From: Prasinococcaceae sp. CCMP 1430
Lineage: Eukaryota; Plantae; Prasinodermophyta
DNA length: 64,000 bases
Assembly: GCA_013416795.1 (NCBI GenBank)
Contig: RQSC01001236.1
Coordinates: 56,902 to 120,901 of the forward strand
Reading direction: 5' to 3'
Part shown: in pieces, positions 42,699-53,409 of the stretch
How the letters are laid out: each line of letters begins with the position of its first letter
How positions within the stretch are numbered: position 1 is the first letter of the stretch
Notes under the pieces: model-generated
What the model was told of the DNA's origin: nothing
What the model saw: only the letters and a program-made list of their open reading frames with translations
Databases searched by the model: none
Program-made: the position numbers and the translations under genes

Positions 42699-43374
42699 CC
42701 ACTGGAGCAGATGCCGCTGGTGCGTTGGCTGTCTTGGCAGGTGGGTGTTGCGGGCAAGACCCGCGAGCGGGCGCGGGCGGTGGCTGAGGGGTGAGTGGGG
42801 CTGCGCGCGCCGCGCGACGTGTGGCGCGAGCGAGCGCCGCGCCCGCCCTGCATCGCGCGCCCGCGCGCTCACGCGCTCGGGCGTCCATCGCGGGCGGAAG
42901 GAAGCTTCCGCTGGGGGGAACCGGAACCGCCGCTTCCGAAACTGCACGCGGCCGCGACGGGCGCAAGGCGATCTGAGCCCGCGGCCCGCGCCGACGCGCG
43001 CGCGAAAGCCGCTGCCCCCGACTTTGAACGGCGGCGGCGGCGGGACCAACACTCGCCGCAGCGGGCCAACGGCGCGCCGCCGGGGAACGGCGGGAAACGG
43101 CTGTTCATCAATTGCAAACACATTGTTTTGTATACATTAAGAACGGGAGAGCTGTTTCACATTTTGCATTGTGATCATCCGGCTCCGCCGCGGCATTTGC
43201 GTCCGTTCCCCCGAGCGGCCAGCAGTCTGCACGCGTAGCAGCGGGATGAAGGCGCACAGCGCACGGGGCGCGCGCCCCCTGGCGCCAGCGGCCCCGAGGA
43301 GGAGCGGAAAGGGCGAGCGAGGGGAGGCTGCGCGCGGTGAGGTGGGGGCTCGCGGGCGGCGGCTGGCGGGCGCT

Positions 43375-44297
43375 ATGGCAGTGCCGACGCTGTCGCCGGC
43401 GCTGGCGCTGGTTGCGCTGGAGGAGCTCTTCGGTGGCGCGGACGGCGAGGGCGGCGCCGCCGAGGAGGCCCGCCGCGTGAGCCGTGCGGCGATCGATGCC
43501 GCGTGCGAGGGCGGCGACGGCGGCCTGGCCGAGCGAGTGGCGAGCTCTGGGGCGGTGGGGGGCGCCCAGAGCGACAGCAGCGAAAGCGCTGGTGGCGCGG
43601 GCTGGCGCTCGCTCGCATACGGCGAGGTGGGATTTGTCGCGCTGCGTGTTGCGCTCCGGGTGGCAGTCGATGCCGCGTTGGCTGGCGCGTCCGCTTCAAC
43701 GGCCGTGGGGGGGTCTTTCCTCGACATTGGAAGTGGCACGGGCAGGGCAACGCTCGCCGCAGCACTGTTGTGCCCTCGCCTGCTACGACTGCGGGGAATC
43801 GAGCTGCTGCCAGGGCTGCACGACATCGCTGAGCGTGCTCGCATGCAGTACGAGGCCGAGATCGCACAGCGGCTGCCTGCAGCGCACGCCACGCAGACGG
43901 TCGCGTTCGAGCAGGGCGATGCGCTCAAGGTGAGGATGCGCGAGCTGATGCGGCGGCGATGCGCGTGGTCTTTCTCTCTCTCTTCGCCAGCCTGTGATTT
44001 GAATCTACGCATCGCACGTGCGCATGTGTGCTCATGTCCGTTCCCTCCCGCGACCTGCTGTGCCCATAGCGTGATTGGCGCGGCACAGATGTGGCGTTCT
44101 GCTGTGCCACGCTCTTCTCGGAGGACCTTGTGCGCGCGGTCGAGGCCAAAGCGGTGGAAGAGCTCCGCTCGGGTGCGGTTTTCATCATGCTCACGCACGA
44201 GTTCGTTGGCGGCCCCGAGGTGTGGACGTTGCTGGAAGATCGCGAGCGGCGCATGTCGTGGGGGCCCGCGCGCGTGCGCGTGTACCAACGTCGGTGA
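43375..44297 (+). CDS. DOT1-like class I SAM-dependent methyltransferase, 2 exons
   Basis: LAYGEVGF, FLDIGSGTGRA, LRGIELLPGLHDIA, and FEQGDALK|RDWRGTDVAFCCATLFS across intron 43930-44069. Confidence 0.85.
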
Positions 44298-44366
44298 GCC
44301 TCAATTAAGTGTATTTGATGTATTATGTGTACCTTCTGCTGCGCATGGCATGTGCACACGCAGCGC

Positions 44367-46412
44367 TCACACGAGCTCTCCGCGCAAAAGCAACTTCTCA
44401 TGCCCTGCAACGACGGGCTCGCCTGCGTGCGGACAGGGGTGCGGGAAGAGAAGCAACCGGTTTCTGCGCGGGCGGACGGCCGCGCGCACATCGGCGTCGC
44501 AGTATTGCTCCATGACCCGCCTAAGTAGCACGGTCGCGCCGCCAATCTCGGTGTCACGCAAGTACAGCAGGAACGTGTGCGTAGTACCCATATCCGTGAC
44601 GTCGCTGCAAGCGTACGGCTTCTTCTTGCTGAGGTCCACATGCGGCGCCATTCCCTCGCCCCCAGTCGTGTAGTGCAGAAAGCGTGAGTACGTGTGTGCC
44701 TGTGTTGGCGAGCCCTCGGGCAGCAGCGACAGCGCGCGCCTGAGGGCGTCGCTCACCAATCTCTCCGCGTCGCTGTAGTGCCTGCGCATGGGACCCCCTG
44801 GCGCTTTTTTCGCCAGCTTACCGCCGATGGTTGTCGCCGCCGCCGCCGCCTTATCGGCGCCGCCGCACTCTCGCGTCGATGGCAGAGTACAGAACAGGCG
44901 CTCGAGCGCGCACAGGAAGCCCTCATCGAACGCATCGTCTATGTAGTAGCTGCCAGCGCCAGCGTGGGCGTCGCCAACTGGGATGAGAGTGGTCACTCGC
45001 GCAGAAAGGGGCAGTGGTGGTGCGATGGGCGCGGGTAGCGAGGCGAAGCCCACCGCATCGGCCGCTTCCTCGAGAAGCGCGGCCGCTTCGTTGTGCCCCC
45101 GCGATCGCGCCAGCTGCGCAGCGGACAGCCTCCATGGTTTTGCTCCGCGGTCCTCGCGCACGCAAGCACCATTGCGCAGCAGAGCGCGCAGAGTGTCTGT
45201 GTGACCACCGGCAGCCGCCGCCGCGAGCGGGGTGCATCCGCCGTGCGCTTCCCGTCGCACGTCCGCCCCCGCCCACTCCGCCAATTTGTGCACGGCCATC
45301 GTTTTCCCATACTGCGCTGCGAGGAAGAGCGCCGTCTCACCCGCGACATTGGTTCCCTCGACGTTCGCGCCCGCGTCGACGAGGGCGGTGACCGCAGCGA
45401 GGTCACCCGCCGCGCCCGCCACGAGCAGCCTTTCCACGCGCTGCGGACGTGAAGCACCCACGTACAAGCGCGCAGCGGCGAGCGCGTCCAGAGCCGCAAA
45501 CTTCCGCCGCTCAAGCTCCGTCCCACGGGCGTCGGCGGCGCTCGGACACTCGAGTGGCAGCCTCTCCCACCGTGCTCGCGACGCGGCCTTGCGTTCCGCG
45601 GGACCCATAGCGTCGCCTGCGCTGTCACCGTCGCCGCCACCTCCGTTGCGCGCGGCGCCCTCTTCGGCGAGGCCGCACGGGCACTCCAGCGTCGAGTGCG
45701 CGCCAGCATGTCTCCATGCGCACGGCTCGCACGCGTAGTGCCCACAGCCTTCCCACCGCACAAGCGGAGACACGCCGCCGGCGACGGCGCGCCCGCACAC
45801 CGTACAGCGCTTCGAGCTGTTGGCGATGGCCGGAGAAGCCTCGGCAGCGAAGCGCAGCTTCGCCATCTCTATTGCCACGTGCGCGACGAACGCCGACGGC
45901 CCCCGCCGCACGAGCGCGCGCGCCTCATCGCGCGCGCGGCCGCACGATGCGTCGGCGCCCGCACGCAGCAGCTGGTTGACCACGCGGCCGCGGCGGCGTG
46001 TGCCGCCGCGGCGCAGCGCGGCGCACAGCGCCGCCTCCTCCAGCAGTGTGCGCCCGACGAGCGGCTCAGACTCCCACGTGGGTACGGCGCTCGCGGCCCC
46101 CGCCTGCGCCGCCTCCGCCGCCTCCCTCCGCCCGTCGCGTCCGCGAGCGAGGACGCGCTCGAGCGGCGCGTCGATGTCAACGTGGAGCAGCTTCACGACG
46201 CCCAGCGAGGCGATGTCGCCGCCGCGCACTGCGCGCACGAGCTGTGCGGCCGCCGCGGCCGCCGGCGGCTCGCGCGACCACCCCACCCCACCCCACTCGC
46301 TCTCGCTCCCGCGCGCTCTCTGCCGCCAGCCCACCCGCGCGAGCCGATGCGGCGGCCCGGCGCGGCGGCGCGCCATTCGGCGCCAACGCAAACCCTGTTT
46401 GAGAAAACCCAT
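44367..46412 (-). CDS. ankyrin / RING-like / ankyrin / 2OG-Fe(II) oxygenase multidomain protein
   Basis: CTVC..CGHYACEPC..CPC; GETALFLAAQYG and GCTPLAAAAAGGH; APHVD..THTFLLYL..GGATV..LLLFPHPCPHAG..KLLLRGEL. Start (46412 or 46376) uncertain. Confidence 0.85.
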   Translation of the reverse strand: MGFLKQGLRWRRMARRRAGPPHRLARVGWRQRARGSESEWGGVGWSREPPAAAAAAQLVRAVRGGDIASLGVVKLLHVDIDAPLERVLARGRDGRREAAEAAQAGAASAVPTWESEPLVGRTLLEEAALCAALRRGGTRRRGRVVNQLLRAGADASCGRARDEARALVRRGPSAFVAHVAIEMAKLRFAAEASPAIANSSKRCTVCGRAVAGGVSPLVRWEGCGHYACEPCAWRHAGAHSTLECPCGLAEEGAARNGGGGDGDSAGDAMGPAERKAASRARWERLPLECPSAADARGTELERRKFAALDALAAARLYVGASRPQRVERLLVAGAAGDLAAVTALVDAGANVEGTNVAGETALFLAAQYGKTMAVHKLAEWAGADVRREAHGGCTPLAAAAAGGHTDTLRALLRNGACVREDRGAKPWRLSAAQLARSRGHNEAAALLEEAADAVGFASLPAPIAPPLPLSARVTTLIPVGDAHAGAGSYYIDDAFDEGFLCALERLFCTLPSTRECGGADKAAAAATTIGGKLAKKAPGGPMRRHYSDAERLVSDALRRALSLLPEGSPTQAHTYSRFLHYTTGGEGMAPHVDLSKKKPYACSDVTDMGTTHTFLLYLRDTEIGGATVLLRRVMEQYCDADVRAAVRPRRNRLLLFPHPCPHAGEPVVAGHEKLLLRGELV

Positions 46413-46702
46413 TCCCCGCCAAATGATCGCCTCGTTTGCCGTCGGCCCCGTCCCGCCCCTGCACGTCTGTGTCTGTGTTCTGTGGTTCCGGGGCTGAACA
46501 CCCGAGAGCCGAGCCCTCCGAGGCCGAGGCGCGAAACGCGGCGCGAGAAAAAACGCGCGCCGGCGGCGATCGATCGATCGAGCGGGCGAGCGATTCGAAA
46601 TTGATGGGCCGCTCGCGCCGGCCGCGCCGCGCCACACTGCGCGCGCGAGGCCCGCGGCGGTTCCGCCTCCGACGGCCCGCCGAGCAGAGCCGACGACGCG
46701 CC

Positions 46703-47758
46703 ATGCCTGCCGCCGCGATGCTCGAGGCGCCCGCTGAGCTGCCGGTGGCGCAGGAGCGCGACGCCGCCGGCGTCGACGAGGACTTCGCAAACGAACCGCT
46801 GCCTGTTGAGCACCTGATGACGCTCGGAGTGAACGCCGCGGACCTCAAGAAGGCGCGCGACGCGGGGTTCTGCACGGTCGACTCCATCGTGAACGCCATG
46901 CGGCGTGACCTCATCAACGTGCGAGGGCTGAGCGAGAACAAGGCGGAGAAGATTGTCGACGCGGCCAAAAAGTGCACCTCCAGCGCGGGCGCGTCGTTCT
47001 TGACCGCGACAGAGTTCCAAGCGCGCTACCACGCGAACATCCTGCGCATTGGCACTGGCTGCGAGGCCTTCAACGAAATGCTCGGCGGGGGCATCGAGAC
47101 GCGCTCCATCACCGAGCTCTACGGAGAGTTTCGCACGGGAAAGACCCAGCTTTGCCACACGCTCGCTGTGACATGCCAGCTTCCCTGCGACGCCGGTGGG
47201 GCCGAGGGCATGGCTGTCATCGTAGACACGGAGGGCACATTCAAGCCCGAGCGCCTCGCCCCGATCGCGGAGCGCTTCGGTCTGGATCCCGAGGGCGTTA
47301 TCAGCAACGTCATGATCACGCGCCCGTACAATTCCGAGCAGTTCATGGAGCGCATTGAGGCGCTCACCGCTCTGCTCATCGAAAAGCCCGTCAGGCTGAT
47401 CCTTGTGGACTCGATCATGGCGCTGTATCGCGCTGATTTCCAGGGGCGCGGCCAGCTCGCTGAGCGCCAGATGAAGCTCAACGCGGTCCTCTCGCGCCTC
47501 AAGAATGTCGCAGAGGAATTCGGGGTGGCGGTCCTGCTCACCAACCAAGTCATGGCCGTCCCCGATGCAATGGCGATGGTGAACTACCCTAAGGCCGTTG
47601 GCGGCCACATCCTCGCGCACGCCTCAACCACGCGCATATTCATGAGGAAGGGCCGCGGTGACAATCGCGTTGCGAAGCTCGAGTTCGCGCCGATGTTGCC
47701 CCCAGGCGAGTGCACATTCACCATCCAGGCAGGCGGCATCTTCGAGGGCACTGACTAG
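46703..47758 (+). CDS. DMC1: RecA-family recombinase, DMC1-like (Rad51/Dmc1 family certain)
   Basis: GEFRTGKT Walker A and LILVD Walker B; LAERQMKL..LSRL and GGHILAHAS resemble Dmc1 more than Rad51 (LSARQ, GGNIIAHAS). Confidence 0.75.
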   Translation: MPAAAMLEAPAELPVAQERDAAGVDEDFANEPLPVEHLMTLGVNAADLKKARDAGFCTVDSIVNAMRRDLINVRGLSENKAEKIVDAAKKCTSSAGASFLTATEFQARYHANILRIGTGCEAFNEMLGGGIETRSITELYGEFRTGKTQLCHTLAVTCQLPCDAGGAEGMAVIVDTEGTFKPERLAPIAERFGLDPEGVISNVMITRPYNSEQFMERIEALTALLIEKPVRLILVDSIMALYRADFQGRGQLAERQMKLNAVLSRLKNVAEEFGVAVLLTNQVMAVPDAMAMVNYPKAVGGHILAHASTTRIFMRKGRGDNRVAKLEFAPMLPPGECTFTIQAGGIFEGTD

Positions 47759-48187
47759 CCTGCACATCTCGAGAGCCTGCATACAACCAAAGCCCGGTCA
47801 CTCACGTACATAGCGCTGTCGAGCGCCCGAATCCTCTTCGCACAACCGAAGTGACGAGTCGCAACCTACGGATATCCATCATTCCTACACAAGCACTTGT
47901 TATCAACATCAGGTGCAGTCATCTTGCAAGACGTGCTTTCATCCTCGCGCCTCCACAAGCACAGGGTGCGACGATGCACATAGCAACCTGGACTTTATCG
48001 AGCACGCAGCACACGGCACTGAGCCCATTCTAGCTACACCAACTGACACCGCACGCAGCGGCATGCAAAGACAAACTTTATTGATTACCTGAACCTGCAC
48101 ACCACCTCGACGTGCACCTGCCGGCTTGCGAAGAAATATCTGCCAGCTGCACTCATTATAGCACATTCAGCTCAGCCAGCGCGCTGT

Positions 48188-49733
48188 CTATGCTGCGAGG
48201 ACCCCTGTCGCGACGAGGGCCGCGAGCGCCGCGTACAGCGCGCACCCAGCCGCCGCTAGTGCGCCCAGCCCGCCGGTCTCAAAGAGAGCAGTGCCGGCAG
48301 CCGGCGTGACAATTGAGAGCAGAGAGCCAATTGACATGTCCACGGCGATGACCGTCCCGCTCTCGGACGCGGCGACCGCACGCGTGAGCTGGGCGGTCTG
48401 CAGATTCCCTAGTACTGCCCCGGACATGATGATGGGCACCACCACCACTAGCAGCTGCGGCAGAGTCGACGTACAGGCGAGCGCGATGAAGCTCGCGGCG
48501 AGCAGCGCCGCAGATGTAGCAGTTACAGTCCGCTCGTGGAAACGCTGGTGGCATTGGCGGCGGCACAGCCGAGTCAGCCCGCGCATGGGCGCGGCGAAGC
48601 GACGAGCACAAACACCAGGCGGCGCGCGCGATGGCGCGCAGCCACGCGCCTGGCGACACGAGCGCACCTCGCTCCAACCCACGACCACCGCTTGCGAGAA
48701 TGCCGCAGACGCGCCCATCACGCTCATGACAACCCCCTGCGCTTGGACGTCCATGCCGTACGCGCGCAGCGCGATCAACGGGAAAACCGCCCTGAAGGTC
48801 GCTGAGGGCAATGATGACAACAACTTGCCCGTCAGGAGCGACGGGACGCGCGGAGTGCGCCACACGCCCGCGAAGGCAGCCGCCATCGAAGCCGAGCTAG
48901 CGCCGACGTTACCCTGTTTGCTGGTGCCATCCTTCTGCTGCGTGTCTGCGCTGTCACCAGCAGGCGCTGAGGGCGCGTCCTGAGGTGCGAACGAGTCCGC
49001 CGGCAACTCCTCACCGGCAGTTGGCGTGGCAGCGGCGGCGACACTCGCATCCACTGCACGCTGCCCGCGCGAAGGCATCGCGGCCAGGATGATGACCACG
49101 CTGAGCGCGGAGCCTGCCGCGCTCACCCATGCTGCGAGTGGCAGGCTGACCGAGCCGATGGCTCCACCCGCCGCCGGCCCGATGGCTGCGCCGACGGCGT
49201 AGGCGACACCGACGAAGCCGAGCCACCGCGCACGACTCTCAGAGTCCGTGCGCTCCGCGATGAGCGCACGTGCCGCAAGCATGGCGTGCTGCAAGAGCGT
49301 GGGCACACGGCTCAAGTACAAGCCCACCATGCCCGAGGAGAGCGCCACGGCGGAGTAGCACAACGCCGACGCCACGAAAGACGCAGCGAAGAGTGTGCGC
49401 GCTCCGAACCTATCCGCCAATGGCCCCGAGAGCAGCCCGCCGACCAGCTGTGCAACTCCCATGTAAGAGGAAAGCTGAGAGTGCATGGAGAACGGGCTTA
49501 CCTGTCAGAGAGCTGCACGCACGCTGCGCCAGCCGCACGGTTTCTTGTCAGAAGGAGAAGGCGTCACTTACCGCGGCGAAGTCCGTCGCGACGTCGGTGC
49601 CGAGGCGCTGCACGATGTACGGCAGCACTGGCTGCTGGATCTGATAGCACAGCGCGTAGAGCGACACGTTGATAAGCACGCACGCCAGCTCGGCCTTGCT
49701 TGCTGGCACGCCTGCGACGCCCGTGCCAGCCAT
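48188..49733 (-). CDS. MFS transporter (TetA/SLC22A18-like), 3 exons
   Basis: Exons 49733-49572, 49474-48668 and 48544-48188; MFS motif A GPLADRFGAR and motif C GAAIGPAAGG. Confidence 0.9.
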
Positions 49734-50273
49734 GGCGCCCACGCGCGCGCCCGAAGCTGCTCCCGCGCGCTGGAGCGCGGACGCAGCCGCGCGAGCGCGC
49801 GTGCGCGGCGAGCCATTCCTGTGGAGGCAGACGCGAGCGGCGCGCGGCACACGCCCCAGCGGGGCGCCCCCGCCACCCGCGCAGCCGCCACGCGGCTCCC
49901 ACGCCCGGTCAGCGTCGTCGCAGGGCCACTGGAGCCTCCTGGCTACCCCGCTCACTCCCCCCTCCTCGCCGCCTGCAGGCAGCACGCCCCCTGTGGCACG
50001 ACGGCAGGCCGGCCCCTCTCTATTTTCGCGCTGTCTCGCCAGCGCTTGCCTGTGCGCGAGTCGATGCGCGGCTCCTCCGGCGGAGCTGGACAGGGAGCCC
50101 GCGGTCGTGTGTGATTCGCATTGTACAATACAGGGGGGCGCGCGACTGAACGATGCAGTGTATGCCTGCATGTGTGTGAGCCGCGCGGACGCACCGGGCG
50201 CTGCAAACAAGGCCGCGGCGGCGCCGCTGTGTGCGCGCGCGGGGGCATCACGTGCATGTGTGGAGGCGCGGTC

Positions 50274-51046
50274 TCACGCCGACGCATCGGCGTCCTCCGG
50301 CAGCAAGCCCTCGCTGTCGATGAGCACCGCGAGCTCGTTGTGGAAGCGATGCATCGGGAACCCAACCACATTAAAGTAGCAGCCGTGGATGGAGCTGACG
50401 AAGACCCCCGCCGCACCCTGGATGCCATAGGAGCCCGCCTTGTCGAAGGGGTCGCCGCTCGCGATGTATTGGTCCACGGCTTGCTCATCGAGCTCGCCGA
50501 AGGTGACCTCTGTGGTCTCGTGAAACGTGCGCGCCGCGCTCTCGCCAGGCAGCACCAGCGCGACGCCCGTGTGCACACGGTGCGTCGCGCCCGACAGCTC
50601 GAAGAGCATCCTCTTTGCATCAGCTGCGTCGGCAGGCTTCTCGAGGACGACGCCACCGGGCGACTCCACCACGGTGTCCGCGCCGACGACGAGCCTGCCT
50701 TGCGCCTCCGCCCTGCGTGCGACCTCTTCAGCCTTCTTCGCCGCCGTCGCGGCCGCGTACTCGCCCGCGCCTGCAAAGGCGGCCTTGTTGAGGTCCTCCT
50801 CAAATGTCGACTTGATGACCTCGGCGGCCAGGCCGAGCTGCGCGATGAGCTCGCGCCGCCGCGGGCTGCCCGAGGGCTCTATCTTACGCTGGGCGACGCA
50901 GGCGTATTCGATGGCATCGATGCATCATTCGCCGGTGGCTTCTTGTATGAGGTCATTACGAGCAACCCACCAGGACCGACAGGCATCCACCTCGACAACG
51001 CGCTCGTTCTCGCAATGGAGCTGCGACAGGCTGCCCAGGACGNCAT
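50274..51046 (-). CDS. maf: Maf/YhdE nucleoside triphosphate pyrophosphatase
   Basis: SGSPRRREL, VVGADTVV, LEKP, HRVHTGV, DKAGSYGIQG and NVVGFP. Exon 1 (about 51046-50991) spans the n at 51043; probable intron 50990-50877. Confidence 0.9.
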
Positions 51047-51357
51047 GGCCCGCGCTGGCGCGGGCGCCCGCTGCAGCGGCAATGACTACTGTAGCCGTGA
51101 CCACCGACGCGGCTGCGGGCCTTGCCGGAGGGTCGCCCGCGCCCCGCCGCCGCCCGCGTGTATGGCGAGCGCGCGCCCGCGGCGCGGGGGTGAGGGCACG
51201 GTGGCCCTGCCGCAGAAGTCGACCCTCGAAGGCAGTGGGTTGTGCCCCACACACAGGGTGCGCTGACGCGTGCATTTTGATGTGAGAATTCGTAGTATAC
51301 ACGTACACGTACAGTACGGCGCTGCGCCGCCATCGCGTGCGCGTCCGATGGCGCCGC

Positions 51358-53028
51358 TCATGCCGGGAGGCCCGCCAGCGAACGCAGGAGCAGGACGAAG
51401 GGGGGGTAGCTCACGAGCGCCACGGCCAGCGCTCCGCCGATAGCGAAGGTCGCCGCGGAGAACGCGCTCGCGTCCCGCTCTCCGAGCGCCGCCAGGCCAG
51501 CAGTCCCAGCACCGTGGCTAGAGCCCCCTGAGGCGATTCCCCGGGCCGCCGGGGAGTGGATGCCCAGCGCAGTGAGGAGCGGGGGCAGCACGCTTAGACC
51601 GAGCGTGCCGGAGATGACGCATGCCGCCGCCGCAAGCGCGGTCGGTGCTTCAAGCTTGGCGGCGATGACCACAGCCAGGCCCGACGTAATATTTTTGCTG
51701 AGGCTCGCCATTGCGAGGGGCTCCGACAGCCCGAACGCACGCGCGAGCAAGGCACCGACGGCCATGCCCAGCGGAACCGCGGTCAGCAACCCAGCCGCCA
51801 GCGGTGCCACAGCACGCGCGAGCGCGCGGCGGTTGGCCGACACCTTCAGCGCGCAGCTCACGATGGAGGCGGGGACGAGCGAGAGAAGGATCGCGCCCGT
51901 CCCCGCCTGGTAGGCGATCACTGCGTCCGTTCCCCGCGCTGCCGCCAGCCCCAACCCAATGACTAGGCCCGCGGTCACCGTAGGGAACATTCCAGCCCTC
52001 TGCAACGACGCAGGCACCCTCTCCGCGAGTCTGTACGCTGCGATTGTGGCGAGCAGCCCTGCGGCGACCTCCACCACCACCGCTGGGCAGCCCACTGCGA
52101 AGCCGCCAGCAGCGCACGCGACACCTGCCAGCGACGCGCTTCGCAGCGAGCACACGCGGTCGAGCAGCGCAATGGCCGCCACCCCGGAGGACGAGCTGGA
52201 AGCAGAGGCGGCATCATCGGCGGTCACGCGCGGGATCCCGCCGTCGCTTGCGGGCTGGGGCACCCCACGCGAGGAGAGGCGCTCCGCCGCGGCTGCGGCC
52301 CAGCCTGCCCCGACCGCTACGAGGAGCCACCCGACCACGGCCGCGGCGACCGCGCGCGCCAGCTCGCCGCCGCTGGGCAGTCCCCCCGCGAACAGGCTTG
52401 TCACGTACGGCACGAAGATGAATCCCACGAAGCGATCCAGCATGCGCTCCGCGGGCGCGAGAGCCCTGGTGGCGGCGTCCCTCAGATGCGCGGGCGCGCA
52501 GAGCAGCGCGGCAGTGAGTGCGACGAGGCCCGCGACGGCCGGCGGCACGTCCGCGCCGAGCGGCGGCATCGCGAGCAGCGCCGCCGCGCCGTGTGCCGCT
52601 GCAGAGAGCGCACAGATTCCCACGGCTGCTCCCAGCAACTCGCTGGGACCCGCCGCCCCCCCATCCTCCCGCTGTCGCACCCCCTTCCCCTCCGCCGCGG
52701 CGCAGCGAGCGGCGGCTGAACGCACCGGCCGCGCGCGCCCCGTCACGCCGACGCCTGGTGCGCCGCTGCTCGCCCTCACGAACGAGCTGGGCGGGGCTGC
52801 CAATCCAGTCGAGCCCCCAAGCGACGAAAGTTCGGTCAGACTGCGAGATCGGCGGTGCTCTCGCAAGGTGCCGCTCGCGCGAGCTCTCACGTCCGTATGT
52901 GATGACGTGCGTGGCCGCGCGGGCACCTGCTGCGGCGTGCCACCGCGCGACGAGCCACGCGAGCGCGGCGTACTGCGCTGCGAGGGCGACGACGACCCTG
53001 TGGGCGTCGACGTGGGGGAGGAGCGCAT
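51358..53028 (-). CDS. LrgA/LrgB-type membrane transporter (PLGG1-like, probably plastid)
   Basis: FVGFIFVPYV (LrgA-like half); SKNITSGLAV..ARGIASGGSSHGAGTA (LrgB); Ser/Arg-rich leader from ATG 53028. Confidence 0.85.
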   Translation of the reverse strand: MRSSPTSTPTGSSSPSQRSTPRSRGSSRGGTPQQVPARPRTSSHTDVRARASGTLREHRRSRSLTELSSLGGSTGLAAPPSSFVRASSGAPGVGVTGRARPVRSAAARCAAAEGKGVRQREDGGAAGPSELLGAAVGICALSAAAHGAAALLAMPPLGADVPPAVAGLVALTAALLCAPAHLRDAATRALAPAERMLDRFVGFIFVPYVTSLFAGGLPSGGELARAVAAAVVGWLLVAVGAGWAAAAAERLSSRGVPQPASDGGIPRVTADDAASASSSSSGVAAIALLDRVCSLRSASLAGVACAAGGFAVGCPAVVVEVAAGLLATIAAYRLAERVPASLQRAGMFPTVTAGLVIGLGLAAARGTDAVIAYQAGTGAILLSLVPASIVSCALKVSANRRALARAVAPLAAGLLTAVPLGMAVGALLARAFGLSEPLAMASLSKNITSGLAVVIAAKLEAPTALAAAACVISGTLGLSVLPPLLTALGIHSPAARGIASGGSSHGAGTAGLAALGERDASAFSAATFAIGGALAVALVSYPPFVLLLRSLAGLPA

Positions 53029-53409
53029 GTCTCCGAAGGTCTGGCGCACCCAAAGCAGCACTTCCTGCGCGGCAGCGTGCGCACCGGCCTCGGTGGCGAA
53101 CGCGCCGTGCCCTGTCACCATGGGGCTCGTATCGACCTTTGCAGCAGCCGCGCGGCGGTCGCGCGCGCTCCGCCGACGCACGTGCCCCACAGTGGCCACC
53201 TTCGTCGCCCCGGGCATTCTCCGTGTCCTTTCGTGCAGTGATCCCAGCGGCGCGCAGTAGTCCTTGTCCACCGCCACGAAGAGCTTAGGCTTGCTCGTGC
53301 TCACGTGGCTGCGCCCTGGCGCGAGTGCCCACGCCATGCGGAACGGATACCCAACACATGCCAGACCCCACACATTTGTTGAGCAGTCGGCGCAGGACAT
53401 GCCGATCAC
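53029..53409 (-). CDS. C-terminal half of an alpha/beta-hydrolase, in frame with the LrgB ORF
   Basis: LACVGYPF..SKPKLFVAVDKD..VTGHGAF resembles the plant GYPF..PKPKLFVMGTQD..SHF hydrolase family; 5' side ends at the n at 53411. Confidence 0.6.

Noticed and set aside
49740-50270. In-frame extension of the MFS ORF to 50210
   Set aside because: Low-complexity sequence running into the Maf 3' UTR; the ATG at 49733 sits just before TM1 and is sufficient.
50925-50930. In-frame TGA followed by Cys upstream of Maf (selenocysteine or readthrough idea)
   Set aside because: It falls inside a plausible GT-AG intron whose removal restores Maf spacing; no SECIS was recognised.
234-53028. M23 peptidase plus LrgB as a holin/murein-hydrolase system
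   Set aside because: The genes are 50 kb apart, and green-lineage LrgB (PLGG1) is an established metabolite transporter; nothing links them here.
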